A DNA stretch of 62,731 nt from Candidatus Kaiserbacteria bacterium (GCA_028820405.1 JAPPJI010000001.1:1-62731); one strand, 5' to 3'; shown: positions 16,476 through 25,793, numbered from the stretch's first letter. Notes: generated from the sequence alone by a model not told the origin. Made by a program: numbers and translations.

Positions 16476-19165
16476 TATACCGTCACCGTCTCTTTCTTTT
16501 TCGGAACAACGTCAGAAGATTCACCGACGGCAAAGGTGTACTCATCTTCTTTTACACTGATAGTAATGGTAGATCCTTCTGAAACTGCTTTTTCGATAAT
16601 AAGGTTGGCAAGAGGGTTGAACAGATCTGTTTGTATCTTTCTGCTCAACGGCCGTGCCCCAAACTTTGCGTTATACCCTTCTTTCGCAATTTTGCTGTAG
16701 ACTTCTTTCTCAACAACAACGGAAATGTCTCGATCCGCAAGACGGTCAACCGCTTCAGCAATGAGAATGGAAACGATCTTTCGAACACACTGTTGATCAA
16801 GCGTCTTGAATACGATGATCTCATCAAGGCGGTTCAGGAACTCTGGTTTAAATGCTTTTTGCAATGTTTCCATAACACGATCCCGTACCTCTGCGTTCTG
16901 TTTCGCTTCAGCGTCTTTCTTCTTGAGAGACTCACCGAATCCGATTTGACTCATATTTACCAACTGCTCAGACCCGACGTTTGATGTAAGAATGATAATA
17001 GTATTTTTAAAATTCACCACACGTCCTTTACTGTCAGTCAGGCGACCATCATCAAGTACCTGCAAGAGGATGTCGAAAACACCGGGGTGTGCTTTCTCTA
17101 CCTCATCAAAAAGAACGACAGAGTACGGTCGGTGTCGAACAGATTCTGTCAATTTACCCGATTCCTCATAGCCGACATATCCGGGAGGTGCTCCGATTAG
17201 CTTTGAGACCGTGTGACGTTCCATGTATTCAGACATGTCGAAACGAATCAGTGCTTTTTCGTCATCAAAGAGGTAGCGTGCAAGCTCTTTCGCAAGTGCC
17301 GTTTTTCCGACACCAGTCGGTCCCAAGAAGAGGAATGATCCGACCGGTCGCTCCGGGTTTGCAATGCCGGCACGTGACCGCTTAATCGCAGCGGTAATTT
17401 TTTCGACAGGATCATTCTGACCGATGATTCGCTTCTTCAGAATGCCGTCCATTCGATCGAGCCGCTTTGCTTCGGTTTCGAGCATCTTTGTTGCAGGTAT
17501 ACCGGTCCATCGGGAGATAACAGCGGCGATATCTTCGTCAGTAATCTCCTCACGAAGCATTTTTCTGTTTTTCTGCAATTGGCGAAGGGTGTTTTGTTCA
17601 CGACGGAACGAACTCTCAAGAACGGGGATATCTTGGTATCGGATCTCTGCGGCACGACCGTAATCAGCACGGCTCTCCGCTTCTTCACCTTCGTGGCGTT
17701 TTTTCTCAAGGTCTGTTTGCAGTTCTTTAATTTTCTCAATCGTCTCTTTCTCATTCTTCCACCGCACTTCAAGTTCACGACTTTTCTCCTTTACGTCTGC
17801 AATCTCTTTTTCGAGCTCCTCAATTCGTGCCTGTGTCTTCTCATCTTTTGCGGCTTCGTAATCTTTTCGCATCGCTTCAAGCTCAATTTCAAGCCGCATG
17901 GACTCCCGATGCACTTTATCAAGCTCCGGCGGTTTGTTCTCAAGGGAAACCCGAACGAGTGATGCCGCTTCGTCAATCAGGTCAACTGCTTTGTCCGGCA
18001 GGAATCGTTCTGTTATGTAGCGGCTGCTCAGTCGAACTGCAGCGACAATTGCCGCATCGGTCACCCGAATACCGTGGTACACCTCATACCGACCGCGAAG
18101 ACCGCGAAGGATAGAAACAGCGTCTTCTATTGACGGCTCGGAGATGTAGACCGGCTGGAATCGTCGGGTCAGTGCACCATCTTTTTCAACATACTGCTGG
18201 TATTCTTTCAGTGTGGTGGCACCGATCATACGCATCTGTCCGCGGGCAAGAGCCGGCTTGAGAATGTTTGCCGCGTCAACCGTTCCTTCGGCACTCCCTG
18301 CCCCAACAAGCGTGTGTACCTCATCAACAAAGATAATGTACTGATCGCTCGCATCCTCAACTTCCTTCATTACCTTTTTGAGACGGTCTTCAAATTCGCC
18401 GCGGAACTTTGTTCCCGCTAACATCGAAACGATATCCAGGCTAATGAGCTCTTTCTTTCGCATAGACTCCGGGACATCGCCGTGGACGATTCGCTGTGCC
18501 AGCCCTTCACCAAGAGCGGTTTTTCCGGTTCCGGGTTCACCGATAAGGATGGGGTTGTTTTTTGTTCGGCGGGAAAGAATTTGAATCACCCGATTCATTT
18601 CCTCATCCCGACCGATAACCGGATCCAGCTTATTCTCACGAGCGAGCTGTGTCAGATTGCGACCGAATTTTTCCAAGTTTTTTGCCTTCTGCTGTTGATC
18701 TTCTTTTTTCTCTTCCTGGCGAAATGCGAGAATGGTCTCATAGACCTCCTTTGAGTTCAGTCCGAATTCGCTCATGATGCCGCGAAGTACCCCCGGCTTC
18801 TCGAGGATGGCAAGAAACAGGTGTTCCGTTGATACGTACTGTTCCTTCATCATGGTTGCAATTCTCCCTGCATGGTCAATAGCCATCGCAAGTTCAGGGG
18901 TTGTAAAGAGTTGCACAACTGCTCCGTCCTGCATCTCAAATGACGATGCATTCACTTCAAGCAGTGCCAGCGTTTGTTCACGCAATGCATACGGGTCAAT
19001 GCCCAATCGCTGCAAAATAGGCTGTACCAGACCATCATCCTGGCCGACGAGAGCGGCAAACAGGTGCACCGGTGACATGTTCTGGTGACCATTCTCAACA
19101 ACGTGCTCCTTTGCTATCTCGAAAGCTTCTCTCGCTTTAGTTGTGAACTGTTTCGGGGAAGGCAT
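16475..19165 (-). CDS. clpB: ATP-dependent chaperone ClpB
   Basis: Clp N-terminal repeats. Two Walker A motifs, GEPGTGKTA and GPTGVGKTA. Long coiled-coil middle domain between the AAA modules. Start set at ATG 19165 (MPSPKQFTTKAREA); track start 19204 is a GTG. Confidence 0.92.
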   Translation of the reverse strand: MPSPKQFTTKAREAFEIAKEHVVENGHQNMSPVHLFAALVGQDDGLVQPILQRLGIDPYALREQTLALLEVNASSFEMQDGAVVQLFTTPELAMAIDHAGRIATMMKEQYVSTEHLFLAILEKPGVLRGIMSEFGLNSKEVYETILAFRQEEKKEDQQQKAKNLEKFGRNLTQLARENKLDPVIGRDEEMNRVIQILSRRTKNNPILIGEPGTGKTALGEGLAQRIVHGDVPESMRKKELISLDIVSMLAGTKFRGEFEDRLKKVMKEVEDASDQYIIFVDEVHTLVGAGSAEGTVDAANILKPALARGQMRMIGATTLKEYQQYVEKDGALTRRFQPVYISEPSIEDAVSILRGLRGRYEVYHGIRVTDAAIVAAVRLSSRYITERFLPDKAVDLIDEAASLVRVSLENKPPELDKVHRESMRLEIELEAMRKDYEAAKDEKTQARIEELEKEIADVKEKSRELEVRWKNEKETIEKIKELQTDLEKKRHEGEEAESRADYGRAAEIRYQDIPVLESSFRREQNTLRQLQKNRKMLREEITDEDIAAVISRWTGIPATKMLETEAKRLDRMDGILKKRIIGQNDPVEKITAAIKRSRAGIANPERPVGSFLFLGPTGVGKTALAKELARYLFDDEKALIRFDMSEYMERHTVSKLIGAPPGYVGYEESGKLTESVRHRPYSVVLFDEVEKAHPGVFDILLQVLDDGRLTDSKGRVVNFKNTIIILTSNVGSEQLVNMSQIGFGESLKKKDAEAKQNAEVRDRVMETLQKAFKPEFLNRLDEIIVFKTLDQQCVRKIVSILIAEAVDRLADRDISVVVEKEVYSKIAKEGYNAKFGARPLSRKIQTDLFNPLANLIIEKAVSEGSTITISVKEDEYTFAVGESSDVVPKKKETVTV

Positions 19166-19244
19166 GATCTCTATCCAAGTATATGCAGTATACTGTCTCG
19201 CCACCCTGTTTTCAAACTTTTACACCACAAACATAACTCCCCCG

Positions 19245-20012
19245 CTACAACGCTGATTCTTCAGAGGCAAAGAGCTTGTCTGCGTCAACAGATGCTACCC
19301 ATTCTGACTCATCGGTGATGAAACCAAAGAACCGTCCTTCAACAAACACGACTGACGGAAGAGTGGCAGATGTTTCCTGAATTGACGTGCGAATGAGCGG
19401 CATACCGTTTGTTCGGGTCTGTACTTGAGAGACGATACCGTCAAGCACCCGCTCGTCTTCGGCAAAGCCGCCAAATATGACAACGTTTTTCCCGACGGCG
19501 GCAGGGACTGCCGTCAGCGGAATGTGCTGCGACGGGCTGTACCGGTCATCAAGCGGACGGAGGAGTGAGTATGCGTAGTCGCTTGCAACAACGGTGTAGA
19601 AGATAGTTCTTCCGTCACGGGTAACATTGTATCGGCGATTTTCCTGCAGTCGCTCTGAGGCAATAATTGCACCGTCGTCTGAGACAAAGACACCAACTGA
19701 CGCCGGCTGCGAACCGAAGTAGATGTCGATGAGTGACGGTCGGACAACACCGGCAATAGACTCAGCTGTAATGATTGACGGGTCTTCAGTCGGAGACTCA
19801 ACGAGTGCCGCGACATTATCTTTATTAATAATGCGGTGAATGGTCTGCTGGATAATGGTGGGTTGATTACTGTCGGACGCTACGTTAAACGACATGCGCT
19901 CAGAGACAACTGAGAGGACGGCGACCGAGACAGCCGAACTCGTCACTAACGTTACGAGCAACACCAGGAGAATCATCTGTGAATTGTTCAGCTGATCAAG
20001 ACCAAGTTTCAT
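19245..20012 (-). CDS. membrane-anchored hypothetical protein, possibly a trypsin-fold domain without catalytic residues
   Basis: N-terminal TM helix (MILLVLLVTLVTSSAVSVAVLSVV). GVFVSDDGAIIAS and PLIRTSIQETSATLPSVVFVEGRFFGFI resemble HtrA/S1C strands, but no His or GxSGG motif is seen. Confidence 0.5.
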   Translation of the reverse strand: MKLGLDQLNNSQMILLVLLVTLVTSSAVSVAVLSVVSERMSFNVASDSNQPTIIQQTIHRIINKDNVAALVESPTEDPSIITAESIAGVVRPSLIDIYFGSQPASVGVFVSDDGAIIASERLQENRRYNVTRDGRTIFYTVVASDYAYSLLRPLDDRYSPSQHIPLTAVPAAVGKNVVIFGGFAEDERVLDGIVSQVQTRTNGMPLIRTSIQETSATLPSVVFVEGRFFGFITDESEWVASVDADKLFASEESAL

Positions 20013-20049
20013 GGTACCAGTATACCGATAAAAGTATCATCAAAACAGA

Positions 20050-21201
20050 CTATGTCGTTGCGAGCGGTAAACAAGTTTTCATAGCCTGAACAAGTTTTCG
20101 CACCTCTTTTTTTGTTGTTGACGGGAGAAGGCCCATGCGAATTGCCTCGACCCCCTGCACCGAGCACGCACTGCTTGTTGATGTTGAAAAACCGTGCGTA
20201 TCGAGGAGTGTTGCAAGGTACGCATGGTTGGTGTTAGGAAATGTTACATACAGCAGGTGCGGTGCCAGTTTTTTCCAATCAGCGGGACGAACATCTTTCA
20301 GGTATTTTTCAAGACCGAGTACGTAGACATCAGAAAAAGAAGCATCTATCTGCTCCGCGAGGGATTGCCTCAGTGATGAGATGTGTTGTATGAGGTCAGA
20401 TTGGTGCCGGTGTGTCTCTTGCACCGCAGTCGAAAAGCCATAGATGAGGGCAACCGGCGGTGTTCCGGGCCGCATGTCAAAGACACTATGTTCACCCTGG
20501 AGACCGGTGTACCGCTTTGCTTCCTGAAACAAAAGTGCACCGACTCCCTGCGGTCCGAATGTTTTTGTTCCGTCAATCGTTGCAGCGTCAACACGGAGTG
20601 TGTGTGGTGAACAGTTGTGATATGCCGTTCCCTGTGCAGAGTCGGTGTGAACAAAGATGGCAGGTTGTTTTTCCCGACATGCGTCTGCAATGCGGGCAAT
20701 TGGCTGAACAAGACCGTGAAGGCTGTTTACTAACTGCAAAGAAAGGCATACCGTATTTTCACGAACTTCCTTGACAATGTCTTCCGGGGTAAACAGTCTG
20801 CCGCGTGACGGGGTTGCAATCGTTCCCCGGACACCGAGTGTACGAACGTATTCAAGCACTTTGAAAACGGAACTATGCTCGTCAAATCCAATCAGTACGT
20901 GCATGTCAGTAAGTGGTTTACCGTCGCGGAGACCCTGCAGCAGGGCCGTTCGAACGGCGAGCAGATTTGCCTCTGTTGCACCTGAGGTAAAAATAATATC
21001 ACCTGCCTGCATTTGATAGGTGCGGGCAATCATAGTCCGAGACCGCTCGACATAGTCATCAGCAGCTCTTCCGTGATGATGTGCTGAAAGCGGATTTCCG
21101 AGAGATCCTTGCACCTGTTTTCGCAGCACATCACGAACCGCTCGATATGATTTTTTGTGCAGTGGCGTAAATGCCCCGGAGTCAAAGTATCGGTGCTTCA
21201 T
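20050..21201 (-). CDS. cysteine desulfurase / class-V aminotransferase (NifS/IscS-like)
   Basis: Motifs IIFTSGATEANLLAV, HTDSAQG, PLP-lysine context IDGTKTFGPQGVGALLF, and C-terminal STSSACS with the candidate catalytic Cys. Confidence 0.85.
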   Translation of the reverse strand: MKHRYFDSGAFTPLHKKSYRAVRDVLRKQVQGSLGNPLSAHHHGRAADDYVERSRTMIARTYQMQAGDIIFTSGATEANLLAVRTALLQGLRDGKPLTDMHVLIGFDEHSSVFKVLEYVRTLGVRGTIATPSRGRLFTPEDIVKEVRENTVCLSLQLVNSLHGLVQPIARIADACREKQPAIFVHTDSAQGTAYHNCSPHTLRVDAATIDGTKTFGPQGVGALLFQEAKRYTGLQGEHSVFDMRPGTPPVALIYGFSTAVQETHRHQSDLIQHISSLRQSLAEQIDASFSDVYVLGLEKYLKDVRPADWKKLAPHLLYVTFPNTNHAYLATLLDTHGFSTSTSSACSVQGVEAIRMGLLPSTTKKEVRKLVQAMKTCLPLATT

Positions 21202-21262
21202 GAGGGGATTGTAACACGAGGTTGGTGTTGGTGGTGAAACTCAGCATGTTCAAAACTGCACC

Positions 21263-21309
21263 GGATAAAAATAAAAGCCCCTGTACACTTTCGTTTGTGT
21301 ACAGGGGGC
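21263..21309 (-). terminator. strong intrinsic terminator about 60 nt upstream of the cysteine desulfurase start
   Basis: On the minus strand: GCCCCCTGTACAC-AAACGAAA-GTGTACAGGGGC followed by TTTTATTTTTAT. Confidence 0.6.
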
Positions 21310-21377
21310 TTGGAGCCGCTTGCCGTTGTGTAGTATAGCCACGCTTGTTGGTATCTCAACCGTTCGCGTCATGGGTA

Positions 21378-21410
21378 TCAGCGGTGGTTTTCGACCCGGT
21401 GGTGGCACAT
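21378..21410 (-). other. 10-codon mini-ORF MCHHRVENHR with strong SD (leader peptide or chance ORF within an sRNA)
   Basis: On the minus strand: AAAGGAGGATACC-ATG TGC CAC CAC CGG GTC GAA AAC CAC CGC TGA. The SD can pair with the upstream CCUCUU through a GAAA loop. Confidence 0.25.
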
Positions 21411-21456
21411 GGTATCCTCCTTTTCAAGAGGTGAATGTTCATATCAATATGTTTGT

Positions 21457-21485
21457 ATAATAACAGTGATTTGTATATTTGTCAA
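21457..21485 (-). promoter_or_regulatory. near-consensus promoter TTGACA-17-TATTAT driving the leader/mini-ORF transcript
   Basis: The reverse complement of 21480..21485 is TTGACA and of 21457..21462 is TATTAT. Confidence 0.55.
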
Positions 21486-21510
21486 TACTTGTCTCTTTTC
21501 TACCCCTCCA

Positions 21511-21541
21511 TTGACTGTTTCTTGTCCATTTCACGTATAAT
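21511..21541 (+). promoter_or_regulatory. promoter TTGACT-19-TATAAT, 9 nt upstream of infB ATG (leaderless)
   Basis: TTGACT at 21511..21516, TATAAT at 21536..21541, ATG at 21551. There is no SD. Confidence 0.5.
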
Positions 21542-21550
21542 GGCTGGTAT

Positions 21551-23041
21551 ATGCCAGCACGACCACCAATCATTGCCGTTGTTGGACATATTGACCACGG
21601 CAAGTCAACATTGCAGCAGGCGATTCGCAATGCGAATACCGAGCTCAAGGAGGCAGGTGATATCACCCAGCACATTGGGGCCTATGAGCTCCATGCATCG
21701 TACGAAGGGTCTGAACGCCGGGCGACTATCATTGACACCCCGGGACACGAGGCTTTTTTGCATGTCAGAGAGCACGGTCTTGAGATCGCAGATATTGCCC
21801 TGCTCGTTGTCTCATCGGAAGAGGGATGGAAAGAGCAAACACAGGAAACGTATGAGGTGATACAAAAATTGAAAACCCCTTTCATCATCGTTTTTACAAA
21901 AATAGACACTGAAAAAGCGAATATTGAAACAGCAAAACAGAGTGTACTCAAACAAGGCATTCTTCTTGAGCAGCTTGGCGGATCCATTCCGTGGATTGGC
22001 GTCTCCTCAACAACAGGCGAAGGTGTCTCAGACCTCATTGACCTCATTTTCCTCACCACCGACGTGTATGAGATTGTGGAAGACCGAACTGACGGATCTG
22101 TCGGTACCCTCGTTGAAGCCGACATTGATCCAAAAGTTGGTATTACCGGAACCGTCATTGTTCTGCAAGGAAGTCTCACCTCCGATCACTATGTCCGCAT
22201 CGGGTCCAGCACCGCTCCGCTCCGCATCATGACAAACGACCGGGGGAAAAAGGTAACTGATGTTGTTCCGTCAACACCGGTACGTATTGCCGGCTTTGAC
22301 ACGGTCCCCGCTATCGGTGCACCGGTCTTCCGGTATGACAGCAGGAAAGATGCAACCGAAGCGGCAAAGAGTGCAGTATCAAAAAAGCAACAACGAACCG
22401 TTGACACCGGTGAACGCGGCAGAACCATATCTCTCGTCATCCGTTCTGATACTGCGTCGGGTCTCACCTCCATTGAACGGGCAGTTGCAGCCGTTGCAGA
22501 AGAAGGCATCACCTTCTCTATTGTTAAACGTGCAGTCGGTCAGGTGACTGAAGAAGATGTTCGCATTGCAAAGTCACAGGATGGCGGTCAGGTGCTCGGA
22601 TTCCACACGACCGCTGATCAACGGGCAAAACGGCTTGCTGAACGAACAGACACACCGATCCATCTCTTCCCGACAATCTATGAGGTAACGGCATGGGCAA
22701 AAGAGCTGTCACAGGAAAAACGAGGAACATACGAACTACAGAATGTAACCGGCGAGGCATCTATCATCAGAATATTTGAAGAGCAGCCGGCACAGAACAC
22801 CTACATCGTTGGTGCTCAAGTGACTGAAGGGTCTTTCAAAAAGGGGCAAAGCATTGCGATAAAGCGGGGAGAATCAATTGCCGGTCAATTCGTGGTTGAA
22901 TCCCTTGAACAGCGAAACAAAGAGCAGGATAGCGTGTCGGGAGAAAAGCAGCAATTTGCAATGCGTATCAAAGGAGAGGGATCCGTTGCACTGCAAGACA
23001 CTGCTGTTGCACTTCCCGACCTCACAGACAAGTCATCATGA
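21551..23041 (+). CDS. infB: translation initiation factor IF-2 (short form, no N-terminal extension)
   Basis: Motifs IIAVVGHIDHGKSTL, DTPGHEAF and TKID, followed by the beta-barrel and C-terminal domains. Confidence 0.92.
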   Translation: MPARPPIIAVVGHIDHGKSTLQQAIRNANTELKEAGDITQHIGAYELHASYEGSERRATIIDTPGHEAFLHVREHGLEIADIALLVVSSEEGWKEQTQETYEVIQKLKTPFIIVFTKIDTEKANIETAKQSVLKQGILLEQLGGSIPWIGVSSTTGEGVSDLIDLIFLTTDVYEIVEDRTDGSVGTLVEADIDPKVGITGTVIVLQGSLTSDHYVRIGSSTAPLRIMTNDRGKKVTDVVPSTPVRIAGFDTVPAIGAPVFRYDSRKDATEAAKSAVSKKQQRTVDTGERGRTISLVIRSDTASGLTSIERAVAAVAEEGITFSIVKRAVGQVTEEDVRIAKSQDGGQVLGFHTTADQRAKRLAERTDTPIHLFPTIYEVTAWAKELSQEKRGTYELQNVTGEASIIRIFEEQPAQNTYIVGAQVTEGSFKKGQSIAIKRGESIAGQFVVESLEQRNKEQDSVSGEKQQFAMRIKGEGSVALQDTAVALPDLTDKSS

Positions 23042-23343
23042 ATGAGCGTGATATAAAAAGTGGTCGGGTGACATCAATTGTGCATGAAGGGGTTGCAAAA
23101 TTTATTACAGAAACGGCAAACAACAGCTCCTTTATTACTGTCTCGTATGTCCACCTGACAAAGTCAGGATCAAGTGCCCGGGTATACTATTCCGTCTTCC
23201 CGGAAGAGCGGTCAGAACAGGCTGCTGACTTTCTCAGGCGGCAGGAACAGGCGTGCAAGGAGTATCTCAAGAAACACAGCATGCTGCGAACGGTCCCGAC
23301 GATCCGATTCGTTCAGGCAAAAGAGATGCCTGGTACAGGGTGA
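23038..23343 (+). CDS. rbfA: ribosome-binding factor A
   Basis: ATGA overlap with the infB stop. RbfA-like length and sequence, with RTVPTIRF near the C-terminus, in the conserved infB-rbfA order. Confidence 0.8.
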   Translation: MNERDIKSGRVTSIVHEGVAKFITETANNSSFITVSYVHLTKSGSSARVYYSVFPEERSEQAADFLRRQEQACKEYLKKHSMLRTVPTIRFVQAKEMPGTG

Positions 23344-23370
23344 TGCAAGTGTAGTACACTGCACCCATCA

Positions 23371-23442
<72 letters not shown>

Positions 23443-23462
23443 CAAAACATACACGCTGCTAC

Positions 23463-23951
23463 ATGAAGCATAAAGAGCATGCACCCCAACGATCAGGAAA
23501 AGACTATCTGCCACTCATTATTATCATTACCCTCATCGGCATTGTTGCCGGTATTAGCAGCGGCGGTGACATAGACCGGTTCATGCTGAACAGCATGATA
23601 GGGGTTTTCCTCGTCTTCGGCGGATTCAAACTCATTGACTTGAAAGGGTTTGTTGACGGATACGCAACCTATGATTTGCTGGCAAGACACTGGCGGGGGT
23701 ATGGGTACCTCTACCCATTTCTTGAAATTGCCTTCGGTCTTGTCATGTTTGCAGGATTTCACCCTGACTGGCTGCTGTGGACAGAGGCGGCGTGGATGAT
23801 TTTTAGCAGTCTTGGCGTTGTCATTGCCATGAGAAGGCAGACAGATATTCAGTGTGTTTGTCTTGGCACCGCTCTCAAAATCCCTCTCACCTCTGTTACT
23901 GTGCTAGAGAATGTTGGCATGGCAGCACTTGCAATAGCATTGATTTTGTAA
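23463..23951 (+). CDS. MauE/DoxX-like integral membrane protein
   Basis: Four hydrophobic helices and a CVCLG motif (DIQCVCLGTALKIPL), typical of the MauE-type family as I remember it. Track ORF trimmed to ATG 23463 because the longer form covers tRNA-Cys. Confidence 0.55.
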   Translation: MKHKEHAPQRSGKDYLPLIIIITLIGIVAGISSGGDIDRFMLNSMIGVFLVFGGFKLIDLKGFVDGYATYDLLARHWRGYGYLYPFLEIAFGLVMFAGFHPDWLLWTEAAWMIFSSLGVVIAMRRQTDIQCVCLGTALKIPLTSVTVLENVGMAALAIALIL

Positions 23952-23970
23952 TCAACCACTCATACTGTAG

Positions 23971-24052
23971 TGCCGAGGAGAGGACTTGAACCTCCACGGG
24001 TTACCCCACTGGTTCCTAAGACCAGCGCGTCTACCAATTTCGCCACCTCGGC
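23971..24052 (-). tRNA. tRNA-Leu (anticodon TAG), class II
   Basis: Reverse complement reads GCCGAGG-TG-GCGAAATTGGTAGACGC-G-CTGGT-CTTAGGA-ACCAG-long variable arm-GGAGG-TTCAAGT-CCTCT-CCTCGGC-A. Confidence 0.85.
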
Positions 24053-24055
24053 ATG

Positions 24056-24128
24056 TCCGCCCACTAGGACTCGAACCTAGGACCTCCCGGTTAAGAGCCG
24101 GCTGCTCTACCAACTGAGCTATGGGCGG
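24056..24128 (-). tRNA. tRNA-Lys (anticodon CTT)
   Basis: Reverse complement reads CCGCCCA-TA-GCTCAGTTGGTAGAGC-A-GCCGG-CTCTTAA-CCGGG-AGGTC-CTAGG-TTCGAGT-CCTAG-TGGGCGG-A. It lies 3 nt upstream of tRNA-Leu(TAG), so the two are probably co-transcribed. Confidence 0.8.
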
Positions 24129-24139
24129 CATTGCTATCT

Positions 24140-24148
24140 ATACTAGCA
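24140..24148 (-). promoter_or_regulatory. extended -10 TGcTAGTAT 11 nt upstream of tRNA-Lys
   Basis: The reverse complement of 24140..24148 is TGCTAGTAT. Confidence 0.45.
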
Positions 24149-24166
24149 AATTGTTTGCCCTTTGTG

Positions 24167-24904
24167 CTATACGTACCGTTCCAACCCTTCAAGAAATTCA
24201 CCGTACGGCATAAATGACACGCCGCCGAACAGGAAAAAGAAACCGATGAGAATGAAAAGCAGTCCGCCGATCATCTGCATGGTCGCAGTTCCCCGCTCAG
24301 CGATGTTGAGGAGTCGCGATGATTTGGCATACAGCACCGTCAGTACTGCAAGAGGTACCATCATGCCGAATGAAAAGACAATCAGGAGTGCCATGCCGGT
24401 GAGCACGGATCCGGACGATGCGGCAAGGACAAGAATGCCACCGAGAAGCGGACCGACACACGGTGACCACCCCACCGCAAAAATAGCACCGATGATCACT
24501 GCCCCGACCGGAGTTGTCGGTGAGAGAGTTTTGGGGAGAGAAGCAAAACGGGATCGTTGCAGTTGTTTCGGCAGTGCTATGACCTTGAGGAGAATCAGTC
24601 CGATAGCAATAAAGAAAATGCTGCCGGTGGTAACGAGCAGAGGCTTTATCTGATTAAACAGCAATGCTACCTGACTGAACTGACCGAAGAGACCGGCAAT
24701 ACCGCCAAAAAATGTGTAAGTGCAGGCAAATCCGACAAAGAACCACAGCGTGGAGAGGAGTGCTTGAGCAATACTCGTCTGCTGCTCCCTGCTCACCAAG
24801 AGGGCGATGTACCCGAGCACCAGAGGATAGTTACACGGAAAGAACGTGATGGCTATCCCGCCGATAAACGCTGCAAAAAAACTAATTGATATTGCTTCAA
24901 CCAT
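24167..24904 (-). CDS. ccdA: CcdA/DsbD-family thiol:disulfide electron-transfer membrane protein
   Basis: Six TM helices with the two hallmark cysteines, FFPCNYPLV and GWSPCVGPLLG. Confidence 0.8.
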   Translation of the reverse strand: MVEAISISFFAAFIGGIAITFFPCNYPLVLGYIALLVSREQQTSIAQALLSTLWFFVGFACTYTFFGGIAGLFGQFSQVALLFNQIKPLLVTTGSIFFIAIGLILLKVIALPKQLQRSRFASLPKTLSPTTPVGAVIIGAIFAVGWSPCVGPLLGGILVLAASSGSVLTGMALLIVFSFGMMVPLAVLTVLYAKSSRLLNIAERGTATMQMIGGLLFILIGFFFLFGGVSFMPYGEFLEGLERYV

Positions 24905-24910
24905 TATCCC

Positions 24911-25729
24911 CTATCCTCGAACTTTCGAGATGAGGTCTCGAACATTCGGTCCGCCGGTCGGGTCTTCAAGCGGGAATGCACCCGGGATACGTTCAACTGC
25001 TCCTGTCTTTGTATTGACGAGGAATGATCCGGGCGTTCCGTTCACGCCGTATGCCTGAGCATCAGCACCATGTTGACTGACAACCTGTGAGGAAGGGCTT
25101 CCTGACTCAAGACATGCATCCATTTGACTGTCGGTTAATCCGGCACTGAGACCGAGTTTTCGGTACGCCGCAACGGGATCAGGTGTGTTCACCGAGTCAG
25201 ACGCAAAGACAGAGTCGGTAAAGGTCCAGAACAGGTCGTCACCTCCGTGAATACGTGCACAGTCAGCAAGTTTTGCTGCTTCATCGGCAGTTTCGTGGAA
25301 TGAGAGCGGGAGGTGTCGGTACACCCATGTTACCGATCCGTCATCAACCAATGCCTTAACGACAGAGTGGAAGCGCTGGCAAAAGCCGCACTCAAAGTCT
25401 GAATATTCAATGAGGAGAATGTCTCCGTCACCTCGTGTCGCGTCATTGTCGCGAACTGAAAATACGTCACTGTCACTTGCAGAGAGCACTTCTTCGGGCT
25501 CGGGTTGGACTTCCGTCGGTGCCGGTGCCGGCGGTGTTTCCGGCTGTTTAACCGTATCACCACCGTCAGTATTTTTATGCAGATTGACTTTGGCTCCGTT
25601 TGATGCGTAAAGCATGCCGGAGATAAAGATGATGCTGAAAATAACGAGAACAATGAACAAGGTACCCGCTTTTCGGACATTCATCGTCTCAAGCGGATTC
25701 TCGGGGGTATCTTTTTTATGATCATTCAT
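24911..25729 (-). CDS. membrane-anchored DsbA-like thioredoxin-fold oxidoreductase
   Basis: N-terminal TM helix, Pro-rich linker, then LLIEYSDFECGFCQRFH (CxxC) and VYRHLPL. Confidence 0.75.
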   Translation of the reverse strand: MNDHKKDTPENPLETMNVRKAGTLFIVLVIFSIIFISGMLYASNGAKVNLHKNTDGGDTVKQPETPPAPAPTEVQPEPEEVLSASDSDVFSVRDNDATRGDGDILLIEYSDFECGFCQRFHSVVKALVDDGSVTWVYRHLPLSFHETADEAAKLADCARIHGGDDLFWTFTDSVFASDSVNTPDPVAAYRKLGLSAGLTDSQMDACLESGSPSSQVVSQHGADAQAYGVNGTPGSFLVNTKTGAVERIPGAFPLEDPTGGPNVRDLISKVRG

Positions 25730-25793
25730 GGCAAAGCGTTTAATGGGAATTATTAACGATGCGTCCAGTATACCATAGATGGTAAAAAATCAA

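Noticed and set aside
21202-21450. Known ncRNA identity (SRP RNA, tmRNA, RNase P RNA, T-box) for the structured region upstream of the desulfurase
   Set aside because: None of the conserved core motifs I know is present: the SRP domain IV GGAA/AGCA symmetric loop, the tmRNA tRNA-like end, the RNase P GAGGAAAGUCC, or the T-box AGAGA/UGGNACC. It is left as an unclassified candidate.
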